A stretch of DNA of 64,000 nucleotides from Botryllus schlosseri (Eukaryota): assembly GCA_051294905.1 (NCBI GenBank), contig CM119381.1, positions 16,430,001 through 16,494,000 of the forward strand. Direction: 5' to 3'. The translations under genes and the position numbers were made by a program. Under the pieces are notes generated by a model. It was not told where the DNA came from, made no database searches, and worked only from the letters and a program-made list of their open reading frames with translations. This document shows, piece by piece, positions 52,286 through 64,000 of the stretch (position 1 is its first letter; every line of letters starts with the position of its first letter).

Positions 52286-53734
52286 GTATGGAATGTCGTG
52301 TCACATCTTCTGAGATTTTTAGCAACGCCGATTGGGGAGCAAGGTCCAGACTAGAGTCATTAGCGTCCAACCGTCTACAGATTTTCCTCGCTGTGCCTTA
52401 CGCACCCAATCCGTCACATCCTCTACCGCAGTGTGGAAGCGATAGATACCGTAGTGTCGAAGGCATCGAATAGATGCTAATAGTATATTGCTATCCAAAC
52501 GGTTTTTGAATTGAAGATATCTTAGGCAGGCTTTTGCCTCGCCGACGCATAGCCTACTACTCGTTTCTCTGACATAAGCAAAAGGCAGCAGTTGCAGATG
52601 GAACAATATATTCTTGGTAGAATTTTTCTCAAGTTAATACCATACACCAGGATCTGTGCGCATGCATTGCACGAATTACACCAAGAGAGATTGCGATTAA
52701 TAACCACATAATTTTACATTGTCGAATATAGTTTTACCAGTGTACGACAACAGCACTAATTTCACCAAGCTTCATCATGCTTTGAGGACAGATTTTGATA
52801 TGCAGTACTCGCAGCACCATGCACTTATCGTAAATTCTTTCTCAGTTACAAAAACAGGAAAGACGTGAGCAAACGCAGTTGAGATCACAGTGCCTAACAT
52901 TTCGCTAAAACAAATGAAGTAAAGGTATTGAAACGAACAATGAAACATCGCAGACGTGCCACCACCGAAAACAACTGTTACGAGGCAGAATAGTAGAGTA
53001 AATATGCTAGTGACAAAAATATGGCAAACCGTAACGAAAATCCAATGAAAATTGAGTAACACGGAGCCTAATGAATACAAATCAGCTGCAGTAGTCGTCT
53101 TCAAAAATTTCATAGCGTACATGCAATGATGGGAGTCCAAAATCAGTAGCTAAATTCGACATGGATAAACGCAACTGTCATGTTGAATAGAAACACCTGC
53201 GATGCTGACGACAAGCCAGGTACCGGTACCGCATTCTCTCACACAAGATTTTTCATTACAAACTACCAAGCAACCCGGCCAGCAGGAGTTTGAAGTCATT
53301 CAAAACAAGATCACACTCTATACAGGGGAGATCGCAATCCGGAAAACAATGGCCCACGACAGATCATCTTATGCAAATACAGTATAGGTTCCCGCACGAA
53401 TACCTTTGTGACGAAACCAGAACGGTTGTTATGATTGGAAGCCTGCCATAACTGATGCAATATTTCACGTCTCGGTGTATAAAACAGTAAGGAGTCCAAC
53501 AGAGGAACTTTAAACAAACACACGCAACGAGTTAGAAATAATGCTGCTGATAACGGCGTACAAGAATATAACGCTTGACTTAGCGACTAATTTCTGAAAA
53601 TAAAGTATTCCGATACGACGGCAAGCAATACGAAGGAACACGGCGACCAAATATGAATAAACGAATTCGAAGTGAGGAATATCCGTCATCGATTTCCGCT
53701 ACTTCGCAACAGAGAATGTCCACACGGATGGCCG

Positions 53735-56700
53735 TTATTGCGAAACACAAAAGTCGGCCGGGTCCACTTGATCTTCGGCGCAAATTCTTTCGAGAGAAAC
53801 GCCGATGCCGACCTATGGATTAAAAACGCGAGCTCATCAAACTTATTTAGGTCGAGACGCGGCTCTCACAAAGTCTACTCGGTCAACAGTGGGATTGGTG
53901 GAATAATACATAAGATGACAGAAATTACGGGTATAAATTCAAACCAATATTGTGGTTTTGTAGGGCATGACTATCGTATTCATTAAAATATTTATATCCT
54001 AGTGTAGAACTATTTATGCTCAAATTTATATGTACCTCCAAGAAACTCTTCAAATTAATATACACATATAGATATACTACATATTAAACTAATTAGAGGT
54101 CGACCGATTATCGACATGGCCGATTATCGACGCCGATATTTAGAGCTTTCCCGGTTATCGATATCGGCCTACGAAGGCCGATATATTATATTTGAAAAAA
54201 ATTCAAAAATTTCGGAAATGCAATGTTCCGTGTTCTCAATCTCAAGAAATCGACGACGCAAATGGCGATATATGACAGATTTACCCTTGCAGGACGAGTT
54301 TAGCTGGGTGAGCACTGAGCATGCATAGAAACAATGCTTCCTGCATTACAATCTACGTTTTCTGGACTGATCTGCAATTCTGTATCATATTTTGCTTTTT
54401 GGGTTATCCCAAATTTCATCGAATGTGCACAATTAAGCAATAATTCTTTTCAATTTCAGATTTCTCGTTTGTTATTTACCTTTCTGTGACATGTACAAGT
54501 GCCATCTTGCCTAATATATAATATTTTTGGTGAAATTTTTCTCTGCTCCTTCCATATTAATATCGGCCTATGATATCGGTATCGGCCTTGTGAGTGAGCC
54601 GATGTATCGGTATCGGCCTGTAAAAATCAATATCGGTCGATCTCTAACACAAATGTTCCAATAACATACCGATATGAAATCTTTGACACACTCTCATGTA
54701 TGGATCAATATCGCACCAGATATCAACTTCGAAATTTGGATTAAAATTTCAAAAATACCGTTAAGTACCGCAAGGGTGTCTCACCAGACACTGTCTAATT
54801 ACATTCTTGGAAGGGTCAGGACTCGGGACCTGATTTCTTTAAATAAAAATGTAAAAATGAAGGGGCTGAAGTCTCGCTGCGTGAACTTTTCACAACTTTA
54901 AAATATTTGTAACATTGTGCTCCGGTAAACAAGCTGCTTTTAAGAAGCTGAACTTGCTTTCATACTCAATAATCAAACTTATTCCGCAACACAAGACACA
55001 GTCTGAGATGTAAACTGAAGAAGCATCACTACCAAAGTCGACGCAAGCCAGCGTAACACTCACCTTGTAAAAATAATGCGATTGATACGACACAAATTTT
55101 TCGGCCCTGTCCGTATTCGGCAGGCATACGGATCGCACGCACACTTTCGACGCCGTCGGGCCGACCATCGTATACTCGACTTCGCAATTCTTGAATTTCG
55201 GATCCAACCCTCTTTCGTCTGGACTGTCGCTGCTCGCGTTAACTTCACGTAACCTGCCGAGTTCTTGATCGGACACAAGCTCCATGCGGCACGTGAAGAC
55301 ATGTGGAGTGTTTTGAGCTGTCAAAGTAGAATTGTTGTCGTAGAATCGTTTCGCGCCGCAGTAGCTTTCGAGGCAGGTTCGTTTCATTATGGCTCCATCA
55401 TTTCAAGACACCAGAAGATTGCGACACAATGACATGGTGTCGTAATGACTTGGAGTGGTCTTTAGGTCAGACACCCAAATAGGCAACTGGCACTACTCGA
55501 CAGAAGCATGATTGGAAACTTGTATATAGAGGTGGCCAAAGTAGTCGGCGTCGTTACTCGAGTATAACTATCGCTGTAAATTTCAACTCAATTACAAGTA
55601 GAAGAAGCAATTTCCTAGACACGTCAAAACTACTTCAGGAGGAAGTAAAAAACAAAAAGACTGAAATTACTCGAGTAAGTAGTTTCAAAAAGAAAAGATG
55701 TAATATACTTTTCTACTTGATGTTTTTTGGGCATATACACCGACTCACGATATTACATACACACAATTTATGAATATGCAAACCATAAGTGCATGGTGTG
55801 CATACGCCGCTGGACAAGGGAGGTGCAGATATAGCCTTGTAACGCTTTCTAAGTCTTGCCCCACCCCTCCATTCTATCCCAGAAATGCTGAGTGCCAAAA
55901 CGCGGAAGCCACACATACCAGTTTTACTGATCAGGTCTTTGGTACGACCCGGTCAGGGATTGAACCCACGAACTACCGATCAAAAAGCCGGACGCTCTAC
56001 CACTGCGCTGTCTTGTCGGTTGTACATTCGGCCGAAGGCTCGCATAGTTATAACAGTTAATCGGAAGCGGCTACATGAAAAATTGAAAGATGGATTTTCA
56101 CAACTCATGTAGGTAGTATCTTCGAAAATATATTCACTTATTCACACGACAAGATCAAAATTCCCGCCCCAATAAACATGAGGGACGAGGAACATCTCAT
56201 GTCTGACATACCTGCGCCTTTTTCCGGCAAACGCGGAATTCTCCACACGATAGCCTGGTACGCTTTTTCATACTTTGCCACGCCCACCGACGCCTCCATA
56301 GCGACTCCGGCCTCGGTAGGCGCTTTGCTGGTTGGTTTTGCGGCTCTCCTTGCGCGAACCGAGTGATGCCGAAATTTCCCCTCCACACGAAAAAACACCC
56401 CCCATTCTTCGGGCACCGGGAATCTCACCATGACGTCGTCGCAAGAAATCTGAATTATTAACAATTTTAAACGTACAAACCGCAGTGCCAGTCTCGGCAG
56501 TAGCGAGTTTTGAAGTGTAAGAGGTTATCTGAGCCCATTCTCGCTTGCGACTTTAAAAAAGTCCAGAGACTAACTCGATGAAGGAGGAATGGGTAATCGT
56601 CAACAACTATCAGAGATTTCCAAAGAACTGTGTACAGTACACCAACTGTCGTATCGTCATACATAAAATCACTAGCATAACAATTCGAAGAATCTATGCG

Positions 56701-59700
56701 AACATTATTCGAAATTTAGTAAAACACACTATTGGATATAAACATAGAAGGGCAACGACCGATTTTGCAGCTTGGTTCCGCTTCGCTGCGGCTTTATTCA
56801 GAATTGTTTTGTGTCAGCGACTGTAGGATTTCTGGCAATCCAAAGGTCTTCCAGGGCGCAGATTTTAATGAATCTGGTCTTGATCGGAAGGTACTATCAC
56901 ACTGATTCCGAAAATATGAATTGAAATATGGTCAGGATCCGGACTTTGACGAAAAATCACCCTAAACATCTGAAATCTGCATTGTTCAGAACCGCAAAAC
57001 AATGAACATAACAACGAGCCATTGCGGCTCTCCGATTGTACGGACAATGCCGATATTTCAGACTTGGAAGGCGAATTCTGGGTGGTTCAGGGCCTGATCC
57101 TAGTTCAATTTATGTTTTCGGAATCGGTGCGTCAGTAGCTTTCGATTCAGTAAATTCAGCGCCCTGGAAGATAACTTTTGGGTTGCCAAAAATCCTACAG
57201 ACGCTGCCGCAAAACAATTCTGAATAAAGCCTCAGCGAAGCGGAACGAACCTGCAAAACAGGCCCCTGCCATTCCATGTTGACATTCGACAAATACACAA
57301 TTCACTAGTGTCCGCCGAAAATATTTGGGTTCATTTCAATATGAATATTCAATATTGTCTCGGAGAATACAAGAGAATGAAAATAGCGAGGAATCGCCAA
57401 AAGAATTAAAGTCAGACGGATCAATATCGAGCACTCTTACGTCGTGCATTAATACCAGTAGGCCATGGTAGGAGTTAGATTGTTAAACCGTACTTGGTCA
57501 CAGGGGTGGTCTGTTACGAAGTACTACTTTTTTAGAGTACTCAAGTTGCCTACGTGCACTACTTACTCAAGTGGTTATGATTTTAGATTATTTCTACTTC
57601 AGTTCTTAGTTTTTTTTACTTTCTTGGAAATCATTACTGTAACTAGTACACGAGTGGAAATTTAAGACGTCGCTTCGATTTCTACTTGAGTACCAACGAT
57701 GACTAGTTTGACCACCTCTGCTGGGTCGGTGGTACTACATCTCCCTATCTATTCATTACATCGCATATTGTCTCGCGTATCGCGTTGTATATTTAGGCTT
57801 ACCATATTTTGGAAATCTAAAAAGGGGACACTTTTTCAGAAATTTGTGACCTGCAAAACCGGAGAAGTATTCTCAAAAACCGGTGAATTTTTCCCACTTT
57901 GTGATCGGTTGACTAAAAAAAAAGGTCATCTTTTGCGCTCAGAGCTCAAAATACCGTTTTTCTCTCCACATTGCTGGGTGGATGACTAAAAAAAAAAAAA
58001 AAGTCAACTTTCCGCTCAGAGCTAAAATCACCGTTTTTCACTCCGAAATACCCGCCGCTAGTTTCATACTTAAGGATTCTGCAATGAAATAAATTTGGAA
58101 AATTTTGTTAGTTCAGCAGTACCTTACGGCCTTAAAAAGCAGGACGTTTGGCTGACTGATCGGGACGCCGGGACAAGACGTTATAAAGCGGGACTATCAT
58201 GGTAAGCCTATGTATATTGTGTGTCTTGACCAGATGAAAATAACGGAACCGCTGATTATTACGATTAACAGACAGCAGAGCAGACAGGAAGTGGAAGACA
58301 GCACCTGTTTCAGAGGGTCTTTGCTGGCGGTGATACTTCCACGGATGCGTAACAAACACCGTAGCTGTAGCCTCGCCCCTTTTACCGTGACATTGGACTT
58401 GACAATGACCGGGAGCTCCGATTCAGTGTAGTTTGTGGCAAATCTGAAAAAATGAAAATCATCATTTCAGATTTACAAGCTATAAGCAGCAGTGGTCACT
58501 GCCGCTATTGCAGTAGAAGTGACATCATAAATATCTACTAGATTACAATTAGAAGTAGTTTGAAAAAGAAGATTTGGTCAAGATGCTTTTACCAGTTTAC
58601 CAGGCGACTACTTCTGGAATTACACGATGAGTCTTCGCAACTGGTGCAAAATGACTAACGACATTACAACCAGATGCAATTTACCACAACAGAGGGAAGT
58701 CCAAGATGCATAAACTTGGTACTGTTGCTGAAGAATCGTAGCAATAGAACTAGTCTAAACTAATTGCACAAGAAGGCAAAACCTACTGAGTACGGTACTC
58801 TGAAAAACTAGAAATACTTAGTTAGCGATCATCTCTGGTTTAAAGTAGAAGGGAGAAAAGTAGCATGTAGCTAGTAGTGTGATTAGAGAGACCTCAGCAA
58901 GTGCCTTACATGTGAAATATTTGTCGCGAGAGCTCACCTCAATAGTTCAAACCTACAGGCGTCGGGCGGGTAAAGAGTGCAGGTTCCGACGTTATCTCCG
59001 TCCAGACTATTCGACGTGCAGCATTCGTGCAATTCCGGATCCCGTACATCGATCCAACCGTCGAGGCTCGTGGGAATTATGTCTTTCCTGCGAACCACCT
59101 CCTTACCTTCGAGCTGTCATTGGCGTGATGTGTTAATCAGCAGAAAAAAACATGATACAGGACTACATGGGTCATGTGAATGATGAAGTTGGTTAGTTAT
59201 AATCAAGCTGCCAAAGAGATATTATCTGAGTAACGAGCGTGAGCTGATAAAATAAAATAAATATCCTTTTTTATTTTGATTCAAAGCACTGGTGCAGCGC
59301 CATTGCTAGTAGAATAGCTTCAAGGAGAAAAAACTAGGAATTTACAAGCACAACAAACTCATTGCCTTTCTATAAAATGACATCGGAATGAATCTTAATT
59401 GAGGTTAAGCACATCATTGGACATAATTCTATCGCCAAATTCAAAACAGACTTTCAAAGAAACCCAATTATATTCCAATCCCGCTAGCCCCGGGGTATCT
59501 CTATTAAGGTATCGAGTGAAATTGACGAAGATTAGCCAGCATTATAATCAAACATCGCAACAGATGCATCGCGAATCACTCCCGACATGTACTAAACTAC
59601 AAAAACTACAGCGAAGCGTAGCAAGAAATCCACGGGCATAATCAGATTAGAGACACACTGCATTGTCGAAACGAATATACTTTTAAAACATCCTGAAAAA

Positions 59701-62700
59701 TCTATGTGCATTACACACTGACGGCAATTTCATGGCAAACGGCTAAAAACGAACGTCCTTACGATGTTTTGATGGAATTTCGGACGTCAAAGCGCCCCAG
59801 AAACACAAATCACCCGTCCCCGGAGGAGCATTAATATTTCACAAGGTAGAGAATAATTGCCTAGCACCGAGTACGCGCTTTCAATATCCACCTTTCGATC
59901 GTTGATTGTAATTTTTGCCATCGGATCACCAGAGAGAAAGGAGCCCACAAAGAAACGAACTCGTACTTTGCATGCGTCCATCGCGCCAGACTCGCTTACC
60001 GCGGCCTGGGAAGAGAAAGGAAAGAGATGAAATATGAGTCGGGAAATAAGCGGCAAGCATCCGGCAGTGTATTCAAATGTAAAGTTGACTGTAATATAAT
60101 AGGTGGTGGCTAATATGTCAACATTCAAATTTCACATTACAGAATGTTTGCCTCGCGTTGGCCAACAAAATGACTGAAGCAATTTCTAGGAATCGAAATA
60201 GTCAAGCTTTCACCCAGATTACAGTAGGATTACATCAAAATGTAGACTGCTAATGACCCAGCGGAATGCAAGAGATGATTATTTTGGCAATTGATGGCAG
60301 ATTGCAGATTTGGGTGCTACTGTGCGGTATTCGAAATAGTACAGACGAAACATGTGATGACATTCTTTAACAAATTCGGTCAGATAGGATGACTCCACAA
60401 GGCGTTCTGAAGTCTAGACATCAGAGTCATGTCACCCTACCTGTCAGAAGCGTGACACAGAAAGCAGAATGATTGTAAAATATGACTCATAAAATATTAC
60501 CCTCTGTCCACACTACTTTTGAGCTACAGCCAAATGCTGGCGCCATGACTCCTACAACTAATCCCTTATTGTGATGGTAAGAAAAAACAACATGCATGAT
60601 ATAGAAAAGAGAATAACAAGCTTTAAAATCATCAAAATGCCTCGGCCTGTATATTTTGTATTGTTAGTTTTATAAGAATTTGACCAAGAGCTGCGGCAGA
60701 AGTCCATCTCGAAAGAAATGCAAAAGAGAATAGAATTCTTTTCTACTTTCTGGCACCAAATCGGATAAATAAATGCAGTTAATTTGTAAAGAGGGAGAAT
60801 TCAGAATTTTTGCTCAATCAATATGCATCGTAGACCATATCGCTAGTGCTTATAAAATTGACAGTACCTGAACTTCATCTAAAACATCGACAAGAAACTC
60901 GTCGCGGGAATGATACTTCACAGTGGCAGTGTGCTCGTCGACGTTCAACTTTGGCTTCAACTTGTGCGCGTAGAACATCGCATCGCCCGTAACTTTCACG
61001 AACGACATCACGTCGTAGTGCAAAGAGAATCCCAACTTGACCGTTTGTTTTCCTTTGCTGGCATGCTACGCCACGGAATGGAATAGAGGAAACATGAATA
61101 GGATTACACGTGAAAAAAACAGACGGAACGCACTTTGAAGCCGGCGGCGTTTCTCGTTAAGCTCTTTCCGGGGCTGAACGTTTGTTTTTCCTTGTATTGA
61201 ACGACGAGAAGCTTCAAAGAGTGGAGTTTTCCCTTGAAAGTGGAAAAGTACGCCTTGAAATTTTGATGGGCCAAAATAAAAATAACAGATAATTATGATA
61301 TATTAGTAAATTATAAGTACGGCAATGACACTACATGGCGCTCAGATACTTTTTGTATCCAATTTACGAAGTAAATGTGACCGCTGACTAGTACCCACAC
61401 TCGGTAACAGAGTATTGGAGTACTGTTTTTTATGAAAAACTAGGCAGAGAAAATTTAAATTTTTTGCTTACTTGGGAATTGCTACTTCGGCTTACACATG
61501 CGTAAAAATGACATTACTTCCACTTTTACTTGACAATGACTCCTTTGACCGCCTCTGTCCATACTTTGATAAAATCCAATGAAATATGTTGAATTAGTGT
61601 TTCATTATAATTATCTTCCGCGTGATAAAAACCGGCCTAATCATCGGTGATTTTCAAAACTACAATTGTCAAAAATTACAAATTGCGAAAATTAGGACAC
61701 AAACGAATCGCGCAGATCAATGACACTCTGTATATAAAGTGATTGTTGACAATTACCAGGAGCTGTCCGTCATCCGAATAGTGCGGCTGTAGCTTTGGTT
61801 TCGTGATCTGGATATGTTGGTCGGCAAGCGATATTGTGCGAAACGCTTCCCTCGCTTCCGAAGTGTAATACAGTTTTAGTCTGGGAACGTCGACCTGCGG
61901 AATACGAAAAAGAAGAATGTGCTAAGCACACAGATCAGGGCTATGGAACAGAAATGTAACGATGCAACTAATTCAAAACGACATGGCATTACTCATTATA
62001 AAGATATCTTCGAAAATTAGATTTAAGGCCGTGTAATCTGTGACCAATCACGATTCACATCGACAGTCCTACACAGAGTAAGATCGAATTACCGCGTTCA
62101 AGTTATCGCGTGGGTATTTGCAATCGATAATGATGTCTAATGCAAGATTTTAGACCGAAAATTATTGGGCTGAAATCAGGGCTTTAATGACTCCAGTCGT
62201 GATTTTGTGATGACTCGACTCAAGTAATTATGAATGACTCAAGCCAAGTCATATGACTCGACACCAGGACGGCCAAGACGGGCATTTCATTATAACTTCA
62301 AAGAATAGTAAAGTTACCACATTATTGGTATTTCATCTATCAGTCCTGATGCTTGAAAATAGGGCTAGAAACGATTAAAACTGAGGTAATAACTATTTTA
62401 GGAATGTGAGCCATTCTATCACACTCAAACACAGTTGGAAAAATTTGATTGAACCGGACTGAACTGAAAACTGAACAGTGAACATAATGACCTGAGCTCG
62501 AGTCAAAATACTACCACTAGGACTCGACCCTCTACTAGCTGACTTGGACTCAGATTTGTCTCGGTGGTAAATCAAAAATGACTCGACTTATTTGTCTCGG
62601 TGGTAAATCAAAAATGACTCGACTTGACTCAAGTCAAAACGATAAAACTGAGATTGAATTGTGACTCGGAACCTTGTGACTTGGTTACAACCCTGGCTGA

Positions 62701-64000
62701 AATGATGACTTTAAGAATGCAAATGGCACGCAACGAGATTAAGTTTGAGAAGCGAATCCTGCGTGTAAAATGGCTTGCTTTAATCACGTCACCGAACGCA
62801 GACTCACGACATTAATGCAAAACGACTTCAAGCTAATGATACGTAAACCAGGAAGCCACCATCGCGAGCCACGTAATGATGCCTTTCGATTCACTCTCCT
62901 GATTTAATCAAATACTAAATGCGGTAAATTTCCCAGAATCAGAAGTGCTGCCCTGTCAGCCACAAATGTAATCAAGATTAAAGAGTATTTGAATAACCTG
63001 CCATCAAACAAACCATAAAAGGCACCACACACGGCCTCTCATATCTAGCAGGCCCGCAGAACAAATTCACCACTCCACACCAAATATAGACGAAAATCGT
63101 AAAATGTCATGAAAAGGCCACAAAACGAAACAGTCACCTTATCGACAGCCAGCTTCACGTGAATCGGGACCCATTTCCGATTGCTCATCGCACGTTTCGT
63201 AGGCGGGAACCTCATGAACACGTCCCAACTGCTTCTATCCTCCACGAGATCGATTTCGGGCGTCACCGACTGTTTCTCAACAGGCAGGCTATCGACAGTA
63301 CTTTCCACAAGTACTCCCTCGGTCGACTTCAACAAATCTGACGCGAGAGGGATTTGATCCGAAAGTTCGTCAGCAATATCTTGACCGATACCGGATATCA
63401 AAGTGTCTTCTGGAGGATGCGTATGAGCGTTTGTATTGGAATTTTGCGACGGCGCATCGTCTAATCCGCGGATATCGCGGGCGTCGTTTGCACGTTCCAC
63501 GCTATCAGCTGATTTATTCGTGGCGCTGTCGACTTCGGAAAATGCCTTATCATCAAGCCAACTGAACGGGTCGTCTTTATTAGTGTCTAACGTGCTGTGC
63601 CAAGATTCTGTTGGAAATGGCTCAAACGCGCTGTCGTTATTACCCGACATGTGCGGCGCGTCTGCAAAAACCGCGGCGTGCACCGGCGTCTCGGCACGCG
63701 ACAATGACAAAGTGGACACACTCTGATCGAAATCGGACACGGAATCGAGGTCCAGGCGTTTTCGCGAGTCGCGATTCGAGTCGCGCGACAAATGTCTCGT
63801 TCTCTCGCTGGCCCGAGACGACCGCCTCTGCCTGCTTGAGGACCTAGACCCGGACGACGGGGGTGGCGGAATGCGTATCAGCGGCGCGGGGCTTGCGGAG
63901 GAAGGGGTTGGGTTGATACGAATGGGGGTCACCCTGGTTTTTGAAGAAGCGAAAGTGACATTGTCGAAAGGGGTGTCGGTCGATGCTGACCCGGGAGATG
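53735..64000 (-). CDS. STON2: Stonin (stoned-B/stonin-2-like mu-homology endocytic adaptor), 5'-partial
   Basis: Exons >64000-63138, 61896-61757 (approx.), 61232-61134, 61065-60868, 60005-59892, 59113-58938, 58443-58305, 56449-56212, 55317-55064, 53812-53735. Motifs WDVFMRFP...RKWVPIHVKL (stonin-homology domain), PPDACRFELLRF, KDPLKQISCDDVMVRFPVP, AKYEKAYQAIVWRIPRLPEK, C-terminal FCVSQ*. Paralogue number is nominal. Confidence 0.93.
54094..54646. mobile_element. hAT-like MITE with TATCGG repeats
   Basis: tagaggtcgaccgat / atcggtcgatctcta TIR; TSD not preserved. Confidence 0.75.
55713..56018 (-). mobile_element. MetaSINE-like tRNA SINE, copy 3
   Basis: tRNA head (gacagcgcagtggtagagcg...gggttcaatcc), then gggtcgtaccaaagacc...aaactggtatgtgtggcttccgcgttttggcactcagcatt, matching the recalled Meta-domain pattern. 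Confidence 0.75.
56763..57258. repeat. Diverged about 500-bp palindrome (old foldback/MITE)
   Basis: ttttgcagcttggttccgcttcgctgcggctttattcagaattgtttt... pairs with ...aaaacaattctgaataaagcctcagcgaagcggaacgaacctgcaaaa. Confidence 0.85.
57307..57350 (+). repeat. Truncated hammerhead family 1 remnant
   Basis: gtgtccgcc-GAAA-atat-TT-gggttcatttcaatatgaata; CTGANGA box lost. Confidence 0.6.
57794..58210. mobile_element. MITE family A, copy 3
   Basis: Same TIR; exact 8-bp TSD tgtatatt (57786-57793, 58211-58218). Confidence 0.9.
62177..62695. mobile_element. MITE family C, complete copy
   Basis: cagggctttaatgact...gttacaaccctg; exact 8-bp TSD gctgaaat (62169-62176, 62696-62703); internal tandem duplication of about 35 bp near 62553-62622. 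Confidence 0.9.

Noticed and set aside
52775-53140. 121-aa hydrophobic minus-strand ORF
   Set aside because: It lies in U-rich sequence downstream of the stonin stop; the composition explains the hydrophobicity and no family motif is present.
59176-59232. C/D-box-like ATGATGA...CTGA
   Set aside because: Antisense to the host gene and no terminal stem.

Overview
AT-rich, intron-containing animal genomic DNA, probably an invertebrate. Several 62-81 nt introns are compatible with an ascidian-like genome, but the species cannot be assigned from sequence alone. Three spliced protein-coding genes lie head-to-tail on the minus strand: a stonin (mu-homology endocytic adaptor; 5' end beyond the window, stop at 53735), a bifunctional inositol-pyrophosphate kinase/phosphatase PPIP5K/VIP1 (ATG 50754, at least 25 exons, 3' end about 25.3-25.6 kb) and an 11-exon, 556-aa SLC22 transporter (17416-8558). 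I traced the exons by hand with GT-AG boundaries and consistent phases. Introns and intergenic DNA are packed with transposon debris: hAT-type MITE families with 8-bp TSDs, L2/CR1, RTE and I-group LINE fragments, MetaSINE-like tRNA-SINEs, decayed Chapaev3-like and hAT transposases, a 2.1-kb foldback and a Helentron-like element. The most interesting signal is invisible in the ORF track: two sequence-divergent families of minimal type I hammerhead ribozymes (six motifs, three with an intact core). They share a 1-bp stem II, a palindromic stem III and a covarying 6-bp pseudoknot between the 5' flank and loop II. One family forms an inverted pair inside a PPIP5K intron. No CRISPR, rRNA or bona fide tRNA gene was seen.
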